Below, piece after piece: positions 1 through 11,995 of a DNA stretch of 64,000 bases (the stretch's first letter is position 1; the number at the start of each line of letters is the position of its first letter). The stretch is from Lama glama (taxonomy: Eukaryota). The DNA lies in contig CM052832.1 in the NCBI GenBank assembly GCA_028534125.1, positions 24,306,001 through 24,370,000 on the forward strand, in the 5' to 3' direction. The translations under genes were made by a program, and so were the position numbers. The notes beneath the pieces were generated by a model. It had not been told where the DNA came from. It did not search any database and was given only the letters and a program-made list of their open reading frames with translations.

Positions 1-445
1 ACGCTCAGGCACCTTGGAAACTCAGGGCTGAACTTGAGCTCAATGAAATCTTGTTGAAACCTTTATTCTCCAAGACCTTAAAAAAAATAGAAACTTGAGC
101 TAATTTTAGCTAAATCTAATGCATGCGTATGAAAATGAATGCTGCTTTTGAAATTCAGTGCATGCCGTACCTCTTTTCATTTAAACAAATGATCCCTCTA
201 TTTTCCTCTAAACAGTTTTATTAAGAAGATTTTCAGCGAAGCTCTGTACATATTAACAATTCCAGCATTGCCTTTGATCTTTTCCACCGTGGATTTATTC
301 ATCTCCTGCGATAGGCGTAAATCACATTGTGCCACCTACTTGACTCTCAAGCAATTGTTCATTTGTGGCAATTCATTTACTGTGCTTTGATAAATCACAT
401 TAATATGGGTGTGTTTCATAACTTTATTGTAGACTCTTATATGTG

Positions 446-497
446 ATGTGTGTGTGTGTGTACGTGTGTGTACGTGTGTGTACGTGTACATGTGTAT
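446..497. repeat. Compound (TG)n/(TACGTGTGTG)n microsatellite
   Basis: Unbroken purine-pyrimidine alternation read directly: atgtgtgtgtgtgtgtacgtgtgtgtacgtgtgtgtacgtgtacatgtgtat. Confidence 0.95.
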
Positions 498-969
498 CCA
501 GCTACCAGCGACAGCTTTCTGGACAATTTGGCTTCTTATTTATACTTTATAGAAAACATAGAATTGGTGAGCCTTGGCTCTGGAGAGAAAGATCCTATGA
601 CTACATGGCTCAAAGTGAAGGGGAAGGCTGAAAATTATTTGGTTATATGTTATTGGGGAGTCTGTCTTAATATAATTAGAGAAAATCTGAGGATTATTTA
701 AGGTTTTTTTTGTTTGTTTTTCCTTTTAACCTGAGTTATTCCAGTGGGCCGTCTGTATTTCCCTAAATGGTCCAGAATGAGGCTGCGACTCACTACCTTT
801 CAGAAAAGACAAGAAGGTTAGGACAGGTGTGATGAGGAGGGAGAAAACTCCCTGCCCGCAACTCCAGGGGGCAGGTCCTACTGCTTGCAGACGTTTAATG
901 CACATCTACTGTGTGAGAAGCATTAGGCCAACTTGGCCCTAAAGGAAATAAGGAGCTGATTCACAGTTC

Positions 970-1150
970 ACACTTTCTGTGTATTAACTCTGTTAATCCT
1001 CAGTGCAGTCCTTTGCGTGTAGGCACTGCTATTACCCCCATTTCACAGATGAGGAAACTGAGGCACAGGGCAGATAAGTAACTTGCCCAAGGATGTTAAG
1101 TGGTAGAATCCTGTTGGAACGCCAGCCTGTGCTCTTAGCTGCCATGCACC
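970..1150 (-). mobile_element. MIR SINE
   Basis: Reverse MIR core: cccatttcacagatgaggaaactgaggcacagggcagataagtaacttgcccaagg, ending in gtgctcttagc. Confidence 0.9.
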
Positions 1151-1874
1151 GTCTCTCAAGCCCTCATCCCTGCCTCTAAGAAGCTTACAGTCCAGAAGGC
1201 AAGGCATGCCCAGGAGTAGCCTTTAAAGACCCACACAGAGCTACAGCACTTCTCAGAGGTCAGGACCAGGGAAGGTTCGCTGGCGACGAGCCTGCCTTTC
1301 CGATGCTGGCTGTCTTTGTGGAGTTTTCTCCCTTTCACTCTGCCTCAGACCTCCCTGAGATTCCTATGCACTCTCAATAATTATTAATTGAAGAAAATGA
1401 TGACAGGGGCATATGCTTATCTGTGTTTCAGGGGATTGGCTTAAGTTTGGCTCCAAATGTTTGGCGTCAAGAGTCCCAACGAGGTGATGAACTTTTGACT
1501 CTTCAAAGGGCTTCACTGGGTCAGCGCTCAGCTTTCAAGATTTGGCCGATAGGAACTATTTATCTGTGCAGTTTGCTGGGTGGTGGGGTGGCGCTGAATC
1601 CAACTCTTAAGGACAAAACGTGCGTTGGAAGGAGGTCTCGCGTCAGGCAGGGCGACCATCTGGAGGCTCAGAGCACGTGTTCCCTTCCCGTCCCTACCCC
1701 TCCCAGTCTCATTCTCTCGCCTTCACTGGACCAGTGGATGCATCTTAACTGACTCGTGTCAAAAGGATAGAGATGAAAGATCATTTTCCCTTCACCTGCC
1801 TAGGGAAAACTGAGAGTCTGTCTTTCTTAGGTTGAAGGAAAATTACCTTAGGTTTTGTAACGTCTGGAAATATC

Positions 1875-1945
1875 GAATCACTCTGATGTACAGGTGGATC
1901 GAGCTGAGTGTTGTAAGTCAATTATACTTCAATTAAAAGAAAAAA
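1875..1945 (+). mobile_element. Short LINE-1 3' terminal fragment with A-rich tail
   Basis: gaatcactctgatgtaca...ttgtaagtcaattatacttcaattaaaagaaaaaa resembles the L1 3' terminus also seen at 48257-48330. Confidence 0.7.
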
Positions 1946-3449
1946 GCTAAAATCACGAAGGATGTTTTTTTAAAAAAAATACCTTCAGCAAGTCTTGCTT
2001 GATAGACACAGAGCAGGAGGACTGGGGATTTACTACGCCTGCACTAGCCTGGCAGCCCTAGCCTCCATCCCAGCTGTAATCATATGTGATGCATTTTTAT
2101 TTACAGATTAGGAGGCTCTGACTCTGACATATGACTAACCGGGAAGCTCCTCCCTTACAACAGTTGTATGTCATCTGCTTCAGAGAACTAATTGCTTGGC
2201 AATTCCCCTTTGGTGATTCCCTCCTATTTTCTGATGAGTTACTTAACAGCGATGGGCTTGTTGAGCGGAGCGTTGAGTTTAATGTGTGCTCCAGAAACTC
2301 CACTGTAGGCCTGGGGGATATATTTTTCGAATTCTGTTTAGCTTTCCTGAAGGAACACTGAAACCATTATATGGCCTGTTAATATTTCACTCAATACGAG
2401 GTTAAACGCTGAGCAGTGTGCGATTTTCCGAAAAAAATCAAAACCGGGCTGCTTTTTTTTTCTTCAGTGTGCCCCTATGCCTTCGAAAATTATGAAAAAG
2501 AAATTTAATATTTCTACAACATTAAATGGTTTTTTTTCAAAATAAGATGTTGAATGGAGTAGCTTTCTGGGGACACTGAAGCAGGAATGTGGGTGGTGGA
2601 AAGCTTTTGTTCTGATACTTGAGAGACCGAATTTCTTTTAACAGCCCTGCTGCACAGGGACTTGGGCCTCCCACTCTGCCTTGCTGGGCCTCAGTTTCCC
2701 CATTTACAATAAAGAAGGTGGGTGAAAGAAATGATCACTCGGGCCCCTTACACGGCACAGTTCCACAAATAGATTTTATTGTAATATCTTCCTCTCGGCT
2801 CCCCCCTCCCTCCCCCCGGGGACCTTTGCTCTGTCAAACATCATATGCTGTTGTTTGACTTAGTTCAGTTTTGTCTTTGATTAGAATTTACATTTTTAGC
2901 TATTATTGTGTCATTATTTATAAAGTAATTCATTCGTGGTGCCTAAAATCATTTATCACCCCATCTCTATTGGTTTCACGCCTGACTACTTCCTCTGCTC
3001 CGTCTTCCTTTTCTTGCTACCATGCCCCAAACAACATCCATTTCTGGACTGACTGCGTTGTAACTGGAAGGAATCTTTCTGCTAATTATGGACTGAGTGT
3101 TTTGCAAGGACAGTGCAGAAGCTGTTCTTCTCTGCAGTAGTATCAAGGGTCACATTCTGCTTTTAATTTGCGAGTAGCAGTCCTTTGGATGCCATTTGGT
3201 TTTACCTGCACGTGCAGGTTTGAGTCTTGAGGGGTAATTCCTTTTTTTTGTTTTTTTCTGCATCAACTTTCCCAAGTGACGTGCATAGCATTACCTTGTC
3301 TTACGGGTTCATTTGTAAGCAGTTCATACTGATGTCTCATGATTCATTGAATAGTGCTTTTCGGCAGCTAGTGCAAATGGAAGAGGTGACATCTAAGAGT
3401 GTTTTGTTTTGTTGTTTTGTTTGTTTGATAGACAAAGTGGATGGGAAGA

Positions 3450-3820
3450 GGTAGCATGTTAGGGGAGTTAAAAGTGAGGGCTTTGAACACAGGAAAACTG
3501 GGATTTAAATTCTGGCTCTGGCTCCTGAGTTGTATGCCCTAGGCCACATTTAAATCTGTGGTTCTCAGTTTTCTCATCTGTAAAATGGGGATGGTGACAG
3601 CATCTATCTCATAGGACTATTGGAAGGATCAAATGAGCATTCACGGGGAGAGTATAGCTCAGTGGTAGAATGTGTGCTTAGCATGTACCAGATCCTGGGT
3701 TCAATCTCCAGTACCTCCATTAAACCAATAAATAAATAAATAAACCTAATTACCCCCCCCCAAAAAACCCCACAAAATGAGCATTCACTATATATTGCAT
3801 GTGGTAGAATATCAATATAC
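3450..3820 (+). mobile_element. MIR SINE interrupted by a younger SINE at 3645-3774
   Basis: MIR core ctcagttttctcatctgtaaaatggggatggtgacag; the MIR 3' part resumes after position 3788. Confidence 0.85.
3645..3774 (+). mobile_element. tRNA-derived SINE, camelid Vic-1 type, with 14-bp TSD
   Basis: Head ggggagagtatagctcagtggtagaa with A box and B box (gggttcaatctcc), body aataaataaacctaattacccccc; perfect direct repeat aaatgagcattcac at 3631-3644 and 3775-3788. Confidence 0.92.
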
Positions 3821-4169
3821 AATCAAAAAAGAAAGGGGAAAGTATAGGATTTAAGGGCTGGGAAAAAAACAAGAGCAAAGGAAAGAGCTGAGTTTTGGGG
3901 GGTATTTAAGGTAGGAGGAGCCCTTTAGAACCCCTCCTGGGCAGATCTGAATCCCAAATTGAAATGTGGGATGGCCTGGGCAGTCTCCGCTGATCTGGGT
4001 GTGATGTTCTCCTGAAGAGTTCGATCTGCCGCACAGAAGAGGGTGTTCGCTTCTGCCTGCTGGATAGAAATATTACATCTGTTGCCTACACTTGCCAACA
4101 ATGAGAGAAGACCAATGACAGCAAAAGTTCCCTTTGATTCCACCATCCCGGTCCATAAATCACATTCAC

Positions 4170-4860
4170 TGTTAGGTGTCGTCTCCTAGTTCTTGACAAT
4201 TTTATGTCTTTTTTCACTTGTGCTTTTTCCATTTAGTATAAACATTCTCATTTGTAACCTAGACTGTACGGTTATCATTTGCAAGGATTATATAATATTC
4301 CACCAAGTTGTGTTATCTTAATTTAAGTTTTGTAGTATTTGTGGACATTTGCATTGTTTCTGCCGTGAATACCTTTGTACGCTGAAGTATTTTCGTAAGA
4401 GCTGAAGTATTTTCGTAAGATACGATCACATCAGAAGGCTCATACCTCCGACAGCAGGGCCTTGCTCTGAACTGCTTTCTCAAAGACAACATTTACATTG
4501 TTACTGATCTATGACAGTGTCTTGCTTCAACTGGATTAATTGTGGGACTCACTCTGTTTTGGCTAATTTAATAGACTCCTTGGTTTTAACATTTGCATGC
4601 CTTTGATCTCTCTCCAACATAGAACATTTCCATATGTGTTTATTTACTAACTTTCCTTTACACAGTCAGCAAATGGGGAGTCTTGACATTCTTCAGTCTG
4701 TGGCCGTGAGCTCTGTGTGTTCTAGGTAGTGATCCTTTCTCGGGTTGTATGTGCTGCAGCTGTTTCCCCAGTCCGATTTGCTTTCATTTGGATTCTATGA
4801 CTTTTTGTTGCATGAAAAGTTCAAGTTTTTGTGTGAGATCCCTCTTTTCTTCTGTGATTG
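4170..4860 (-). mobile_element. Ancient L1 (L1ME-like) 3' region, degraded
   Basis: T-rich stretch with antisense old-L1 motifs such as tataatattcc, ttgtggacatttgcattgtttc, gtgaatacctttgtac and gaacatttccatatgtgtttatt. Confidence 0.65.
4381..4420. repeat. Perfect 20-bp tandem duplication
   Basis: gctgaagtattttcgtaaga occurs twice back to back. Confidence 0.98.
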
Positions 4861-5559
4861 GATCCAGGGCCAACCTGGAAGGAAGAAATGAGATCACTGC
4901 AGCTCGGGGTCTGCACCAGGCCAGCCAGCGGCTCGGCTGGGCCGGGCTCGTTCTGCTGGCCTGCCCCCCGCCATGGTATCCGTTCCCTGTTGAAACCCTA
5001 GCACTTTTCTATTGCCAGGGGCCACTTTTTCTACTTCCTTTCCTACCTGCTGCTCACTCCTTGACCTTGATTCACCCTGGGCCGGTTTCCTAGGTGTCGC
5101 ATCTCCTTTGCCCACCTCTGGGGTTCTCCGCCCTCTGTTACTGACCCCTGTTTTGCTCGGGGAGCCCAGCTCTGGGAACCATGCTGGAGGCCTGGCATCC
5201 TCCCTTGAGTGGGCCTGGAGAGATCAGTCAGGAGTCTGAGGCCTGGAAAAGTCCAGCCCTTCTCCCAGGGTCCTGGGCTGGGTTCTTCATGCCTTCCGCT
5301 CACTTCGTCCAGTCCAGGGTGCTTTGTGGGTTTGATTTTCATGCAGGTTGGGCTAGAAAGGCCCACTGCTGCCCAGCTTCCCTGGCTGTTGTAGCTCTTC
5401 CCTGGGGAGAGCTCTTCGGGCAGGAGGGCGGGAGCAGTGTCCTGGGTGTGGAGCTTTGGGGGAGTCTGATGATCTCAAGGTCTGAACTGGAGTGAGTGGC
5501 TCAGCTGGGCTGGGGTGGTTTGGGATGGCCTGTAGCTCCTAAATGATCTTTCTAGATGT

Positions 5560-6080
5560 GCTCTTGCTCTGGCCCAGCCCATGTTCCTCTCTGAAGCCAA
5601 AGTGAACATCTCTTCCTCTTAGACATATGTTTGCATCTATGTTTTCCTTCACCGCTCCCTGATTTTTCCTGAAGTCCAGACTCCTTAACCTGGCCCAGCA
5701 GGTTTGGGAGGCCTTGCTTATTATCTCTCCGGCCCTGTCACTCATCTTTTGCCCCTTATTCACTTCAGTCACTTAGCATTTCCTCCTTGTTCTTTCTTAT
5801 GTTCCAGCTTTTAGTCATGCTGTTCCCTGTCCTTGACATCCAACTACCTGCTTCTATCTGTCCAGTTAACTTTGCCCTATTCTTAGCATCTTAGCTCAGA
5901 GTCCTTTCCTTTGGGGTGCCCTAGGACCAGTTACGTGCTGCCTGTTGGGGCTCCCAAAACATCCTGCTGTTCTCCTTCTGTAATACTTTGTGTTCCCCTT
6001 TCCCAGCTCAGGAACAGTGGGGACCTCTCCCCCCGCTCCCCATTCTTGGCATTTGGCATCCAGTAGGCTGCAGTAAACAC
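5560..6080 (+). mobile_element. L2 LINE 3' fragment
   Basis: Pyrimidine-rich L2-like motifs: aagtccagactccttaacctggc, catgctgttccctg, cttagctcagagtc, ttggcatccagtagg. Confidence 0.65.
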
Positions 6081-9000
6081 AAGCATTTCCCTTACAATGT
6101 GGATTTTTTATGATACAAGTTGGATGTGATTCCGTCTATTCATACAAACCATGACTTACAGGATTGTGGTCTGGAGCCAGCCTGGGGCCTAGTGGACCAC
6201 CATGGTGGGAAAAGCTGTGGCATCTGTTGGTTTGAGTAGTTTTGGGCATCTAGCAATGGGTGATAAAGGTGACAACAGTGTGTAAGAAGGCTGTGCTCAG
6301 GAGAAAGAAAGGAGGAAGAAAGGCCCAGTGGTGAATTTTCCCGCACAAAAGCTCTACGGAATAGAATGCTGGCTTTGGTGATATTTAAATTTTATAGTAC
6401 TGCACTTAGGACCACACCAAACACTATTATTATTGAAATTCAGTGCAGGGAAAAAACTGCTTTGGTTTTGAATCCCAAACTGTCTGTCTTTGTAATGAAA
6501 AAAACTCCTGTTGGATTTTGATTCCGTGAGAGGCTTCTTTGAAACGCTGCTGTCAGGTGGGATGAGAGAGTGAATTTGAGATTCACCTCCTCAACACCTC
6601 TGCCTCCATCAGTCTCCGTGCGCTCCTGCGGCCCCGCCCTCCAGCTCAGGTGGAAGTTCCTGGTGGGATGGTTTTCCCAAGGAGATCATTCTGTCTGGAA
6701 GGGAATAGTTCTGGAATCTTAAGCAAGAGTGGTCAAGTTGAGGTAAAGTATCCTATGGACGGGGGCGCCCTGAACCCCTCCTCTGTGTAACCCACTGGTG
6801 AAGAAAGAATGAGAGCAAAGAGGGGGGACCAGGGCATCTGTGCCCCTCTGAGTTGGCACCTCCCCTCCCTTGCAGATGACTTCGTCTCGAAGTTGCCCTG
6901 TTGGTGGTCAGTGAGGATACCTTTTCCAAGGAGAGGGTGTCCATTTGTGATCATCGGTGTGAGAGCTGTGTGCTTCTGATAGAGGTTCTGACAGGTTTGG
7001 AGAAGGGGGTCTGACATTGGAAACTGAGGCCTTTGTCCACAACAGCATCCCCTTCAGGGCTGCCCCAAAGCCCTTTCCACCCTGCTCTCTTCTGGCAAAT
7101 TCCAGGTGAGGGCAGAAAGGACTCTGGATAAATTTGGTTTTGACCACTCTTTCCGTTTTCAAGACTCCATTTCCAGTTCACCTCTGGAGCTGCCTCTTTC
7201 CCTGTAACCCAGACCATTGAGAAGTGTGACCCCAAGTTGTGGCTTTTGGGGGAGACAATCTTTATATAAGGAGCCGGGAAGAGAATGTTTCCCTTTGGCT
7301 GCTGCCTCTGGTGCCTGATCTGACACTTTGCATAAGATTAGCAGGTTTTTTTTTTTTCCTTGTATAGGTGATCATAGGCCCATAAGACAAGTTATTTTTT
7401 ATTTGTTGACAGGAGAAAAGATGATCTGGTTATTTATTTATAAATCTCCTTCCGTGAAATCTTGCTTTCTATTGAGTTTGAAGGAAATACGGTGATAGCA
7501 CGTAAGCCCAAATCTTGGTGTTTCATTTTGGCCGTCCTGTTCTATTGAAGCCTCTGTAAACCTTTGTACCTTTCTCTACTCTTCAGAAAGAAAAGGTTAG
7601 GTATGTATTTTTTCCATCTTAGTGTCATCCACATGAACAGTACTATTTTAACAATCTGTGTAAACAGATTCAAAAGGAGAGACTACATTTTTTTCCCCTC
7701 CCAGCAAGTTTTAGATCCATTTCAGTCATCCTAGATTAGAAGAGGCCAAGGTAAGAAGCAATGTGAAATGCAGAAAAATATTTTCAAGTGTGTCCTTGAA
7801 ACATGGGTCTTACCCAAGAGTATATGAGCCTCCTCCAAACAAAACTCTGGAAGTCACAGTTCATATCATCTTTGAGTCCTGCAGAGAGGGTTATTAATCT
7901 ATGGAAATGAACAAACACTAGCTGTTTGCTCTTCTGCTGTGCAGAGAACAGTCAGTGACCGGACTAATCTCAGAGTTTCTTTCTCGAAATGGTGCACTTT
8001 CTACTCTTTGCCCTGAAGTCTCCGGAAAACGATTTCCTTAAAAAAAAAAAAAATTTTTTTTTAACTTTTCCATTTGAAATGTGCAGGGTCTTCAAAGACT
8101 TCGCTGGGATGAAAGTCCTATGTTTTCCTGTTTCTCTTGTAGGGCTAGTCAAAACTACCCTTTTCTCTTGGCGGTATTTTGCAGTCTGAGCCTCTGATTT
8201 AGTAAATACAGCCTTGAGAACCACAGTCATCTAGACCATGTGCAGTGGCTGGTGTGTCGTGGGTCTGCCTCAGCTGATAATAGCACAGCACGGGAGTCAG
8301 GGTGCCTCGGATGAACTGTTGCCCTGAGAAATCATAATGAATCCTTAAGCCAAGAGGATCCTCTGCATTTTCTAGAGGAGGAAACAAAACCTGAGAGGTT
8401 GACTGATTTGCTAGGTTCTGGGGCTGGTGCTGTCACGGCAACCTTCCTACTTGCATGAAGTTTCGACACGCTTCTCCATCATCTTGTGGAGCCAGGATAC
8501 CCTAGGCCTCATGTGGTTGTGTCTCTGAATTTGTAGACTGAAAAGACAGAACTTTGCTTCATTGATGTGGCTCCAGAGAGCAGTTTTGAGGTGGAGCTGG
8601 AAAGATGGAGAAAGGCCACAGTACAGCCCTTTGAATGTACACAGTCCCCAGGTACCCCTTGACCCATTTCATCGTAAATTTCCCCTTAGGTGTTTTTGTA
8701 GTGCCTAAGCTTGAACTTGATGATAGATAGGTGGAGAATATTTTTTTCTTTTGTAGCCGCTGCACCTCAAAGTTGAGCTTCTCAAGCTGTGTTTCCTTTA
8801 ATGTCAGCGAGGTCAAAAACATCAGGAAATCGAATTGATCTTGTCTCTGGAATCTTGAAATCTGATGCCATCTTCTCTGGGAAGCTCTTTCCTATGTGGA
8901 TGGGAAGGCGTTACAGTCAGATCATTTCCATATTGGGAGGTCCCACCTGTCTTTCTGCGGAAGACAGAAGAGGGCAAAGGAAGCTCATGCGACCACCTGG

Positions 9001-11870
9001 GAGTCAGATTTATGCCTCTTGATCTGGAGAGAACCAGTGCCCAGTGCAGGACACTGAGTCACTTTCATGGCGAGTAGCTACTGTCCTATGACATCTAGCT
9101 GTTAATCTTTTAGTGAAAATCACCATCCATCTCTTGATGCCAGAGCGTGTATAAAATAAGTGTTATGAAGCCTTTTCCTTCTTTGCAGAAGTCAGTTTGG
9201 TGGCTGATCATGCTGTTGGCTTCAGAAAAAAGTGGAGTCTGATTTACTTTGAGACTTATACAGAAGCTAGACTTTGCATGTGGAATCCTCATTGGTGATC
9301 TGCTAGTGAGACAATGGCCGTCTCTCTTTCAGGTGTCCTCCCCTCCATCTCTTGACAGCTTTTTCCTAGGAGTCAAGGCCCTAGAGCCTGGCGGGGGAGT
9401 TTTGCTTGGTGATGGAATAGCTAAGAATGTTTCTCTCTAACAGGTCACACAGAGTGCTGGTGGACACCTCTTCTTGCCCCACGATCTTCGTTGGAAGTCC
9501 ACGGGACTTGGTGTCTGTGCCCTTCAAAGTATATATGAACTCGCCCGGAGGTGTAATGCGTCACCATTTTATTCTGGGCCACCCTAAGGATGACACCCAG
9601 CTTCAGAGACCTCTTGGACATCAGCCCCAAGATCCAGTGCTTTAGCTCCCCATTGTCTGAAATCCGTTTCCAACCGAGTTTGAGCTGCCTCGGGCTTAGT
9701 CATTCAGTGGCCAGGACCATGCTGAAAGTTCTGCCGATCAGCTTGTAGCCACACACCGTTTGTCACTTTCAGAGCAGCAACTCCCTCTCCAGCTCTTGAG
9801 TTTTCACCCAGATATGCTAGGAAACAGGCATCAACCTATTCTTTCCATGTTGGCATTTGCCCATGAGCGTAGTCCTGGGATGACCTGGAGCAGAGGCAGT
9901 GGAGGATAAATTCATCTTGCACAGACTTGTTCCTGCTAGTTCTAACCTGTCTCTCGCCACAGATCTAGCTTTTAAATCCTCAAGTGATTGGTTTTGTGTA
10001 GGAGTGTGTGGATTGTCGGATTGGAATCATTTTCTCCCTGGATTTCTAGTGTTTACATAAGCAGATGTATTTTTAAAAGTTCTACCATTGATGTAAAGAG
10101 CAGGGCTTATTTTTAAAAGTTATAGGTGCTTAGAGATGGTGCAGAATAAAAATGTAAGTTTTTTTTTTTTATCACAAGTTGCAACACAACTGAAAGGTCT
10201 GTATTAATGTTTTGCCAGGAAAGGGTCAAAACGGAAAATTTGCAACAAAGACAAACCAGAATAGAACCAGAGCAAACAGAAACTGACAAACATATGCCCC
10301 TCGTTGGGAGTTCAGCCCCTGGAATGTTATGTAGGACAAAAGGAATGGAAGAGATATTTCAGTAACATTTTGTTCTGTGTCAAAACCTTCTGAAATATAA
10401 ATCTGCTGTGTATTGGAGAATGGATACAGCAATTGATTCAAGTTGAATAGCTTTCATTTAACTAGACTGCCCCACAGAAAGCAGTGCTTGTTCCGACAAC
10501 CATATTTTTGCTTTTCTTGACTTAAAGAAAATTGAATTCATGTTTACATATTTTATAAGATCGTTTTATGGACAAAGACACAGGTCAGATCCCATCCCGG
10601 CACAGTGGCTATTGTTATAGCAAAAGGAAACATTTCTAAATGAAATAAAAATGATCTCTAAGCCATGGCCTGTGGCCACTGGTAATAATATACTACATTG
10701 GTACTAGGAATCCACTTGCAACTATCAGTAATTCAGCCATAGATGTGCTTTTTTTAAATTCTGGTTTTTTTTTTTTTTCTTAAATTCTGGTCTCTTGCCA
10801 GCACACATATCCATGCATATACTTCACCGATTTGCATAGTAGAGAAGGAGGAACGTGAGATATGTATCATAGAAGTCAACTTTATTTTGGACTATCTGGA
10901 ACCTTTTTTTTTTCCTCCACATGGTGGCTCCCTGGATTGCTTCCAATTATTGAAATTTTGTTAATTGCCCACAACTCTATTGTATGTGTCCTAAGGGCCT
11001 TGTCACATCAACCAGCCCTACCAAAAGCTAGGAGCCTGTGCTAGTGGTTTAAGACGCTGAACTTAAGAATTAAGAGCCCCCTGCAAAGGACATTCTGTCT
11101 TTAGTCTCCATTTCTACACTTTGCAGGGAGAAATTAGGTGCTTGTTGTTTTGTTTATTCAGTTTCCAGATCATTCTGGCATTGATCCTGGACTCATTTGC
11201 AAATGTGATCTTTAGCAATAACTATTACTCCTGAAAGATTTTGGCTCTCTCTGACCTATGGGTCAGTAGATCCTGAGGTTTTCCAGGTACATCAAAGACC
11301 TAAATACAGAATGTCTTAACATTTTAGGGGCATTGATCGAAAGAAAGCTTCTGCAGGAAAAAAGATCTTTCAAAAAAGGTTTTAATCCTGTTTTGCCTCC
11401 AAGGTTCTTAACTGGATGCCTTGTGTTTTATTTCCTTTCTGTATTTATACTAATTTGCTACTTGGGTTTATTATTTTTCTATTTGAAACAGCTTTTGAAA
11501 AATAACACAGCTCTTAAAAATAGAAAACAGATCCACCCTGCTCCATTCTTACCTGGACTGTCTTTGCTGTCTTACTCCTAGATCATTGCTTCTCTTTCTC
11601 TTTCTCTTCTGGGATTTTATCTTGCTCAGCAGTTCTAGTGTGTGATTCTGAATTCTATGGTTTGAGTTTCCTGACCAACTTCTCCTTGCATCTGAGTCCA
11701 TTTCCTGTGCTTAAAGCTTTGGCATTCCATTCTCTGATCCCAGTCAAAACTGAAACTTCTAGTGCTAATAAGATTAGTCCTTGCAACACTATTAATTCTT
11801 TCCCCTCCATTTCTTACTCCATTGTTACTTCTCAAAGACGGTAATTTATTTTGTCATTAAGAACATCATT

Positions 11871-11995
11871 AGAGATGGTAACTAGACTTATTGTGGTGAT
11901 CATTTCGTCGTGTATACAAATATTGAACCATGATGTTGTACACCTGAAACTAATGTAATGTTATATGTCAGTGATACCTCAATTAAAAAAAAAAA
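11871..11995 (+). mobile_element. 5'-truncated L1 (L1MA9/10-like) 3' end with poly(A) and TSD
   Basis: gatggtaactagacttattgtggtgatcatttc...gtacacctgaaactaatgtaatgttatatgtcag...ctcaattaaaaaaa; flanks aagaacatcatt (11859-11870) and aagaacttcatt (11996-12007) match at 11 of 12 positions. Confidence 0.9.

Noticed and set aside
3645..3720. tRNA gene (also 17270-17344 and 27645-27718)
   Set aside because: A and B boxes are present, but each continues into a shared SINE body and tail, two with clear TSDs; these are SINE heads.
4749..5495. Cluster of overlapping ORFs on both strands
   Set aside because: Explained by locally higher GC reducing stop codon frequency; peptides are unrecognisable.
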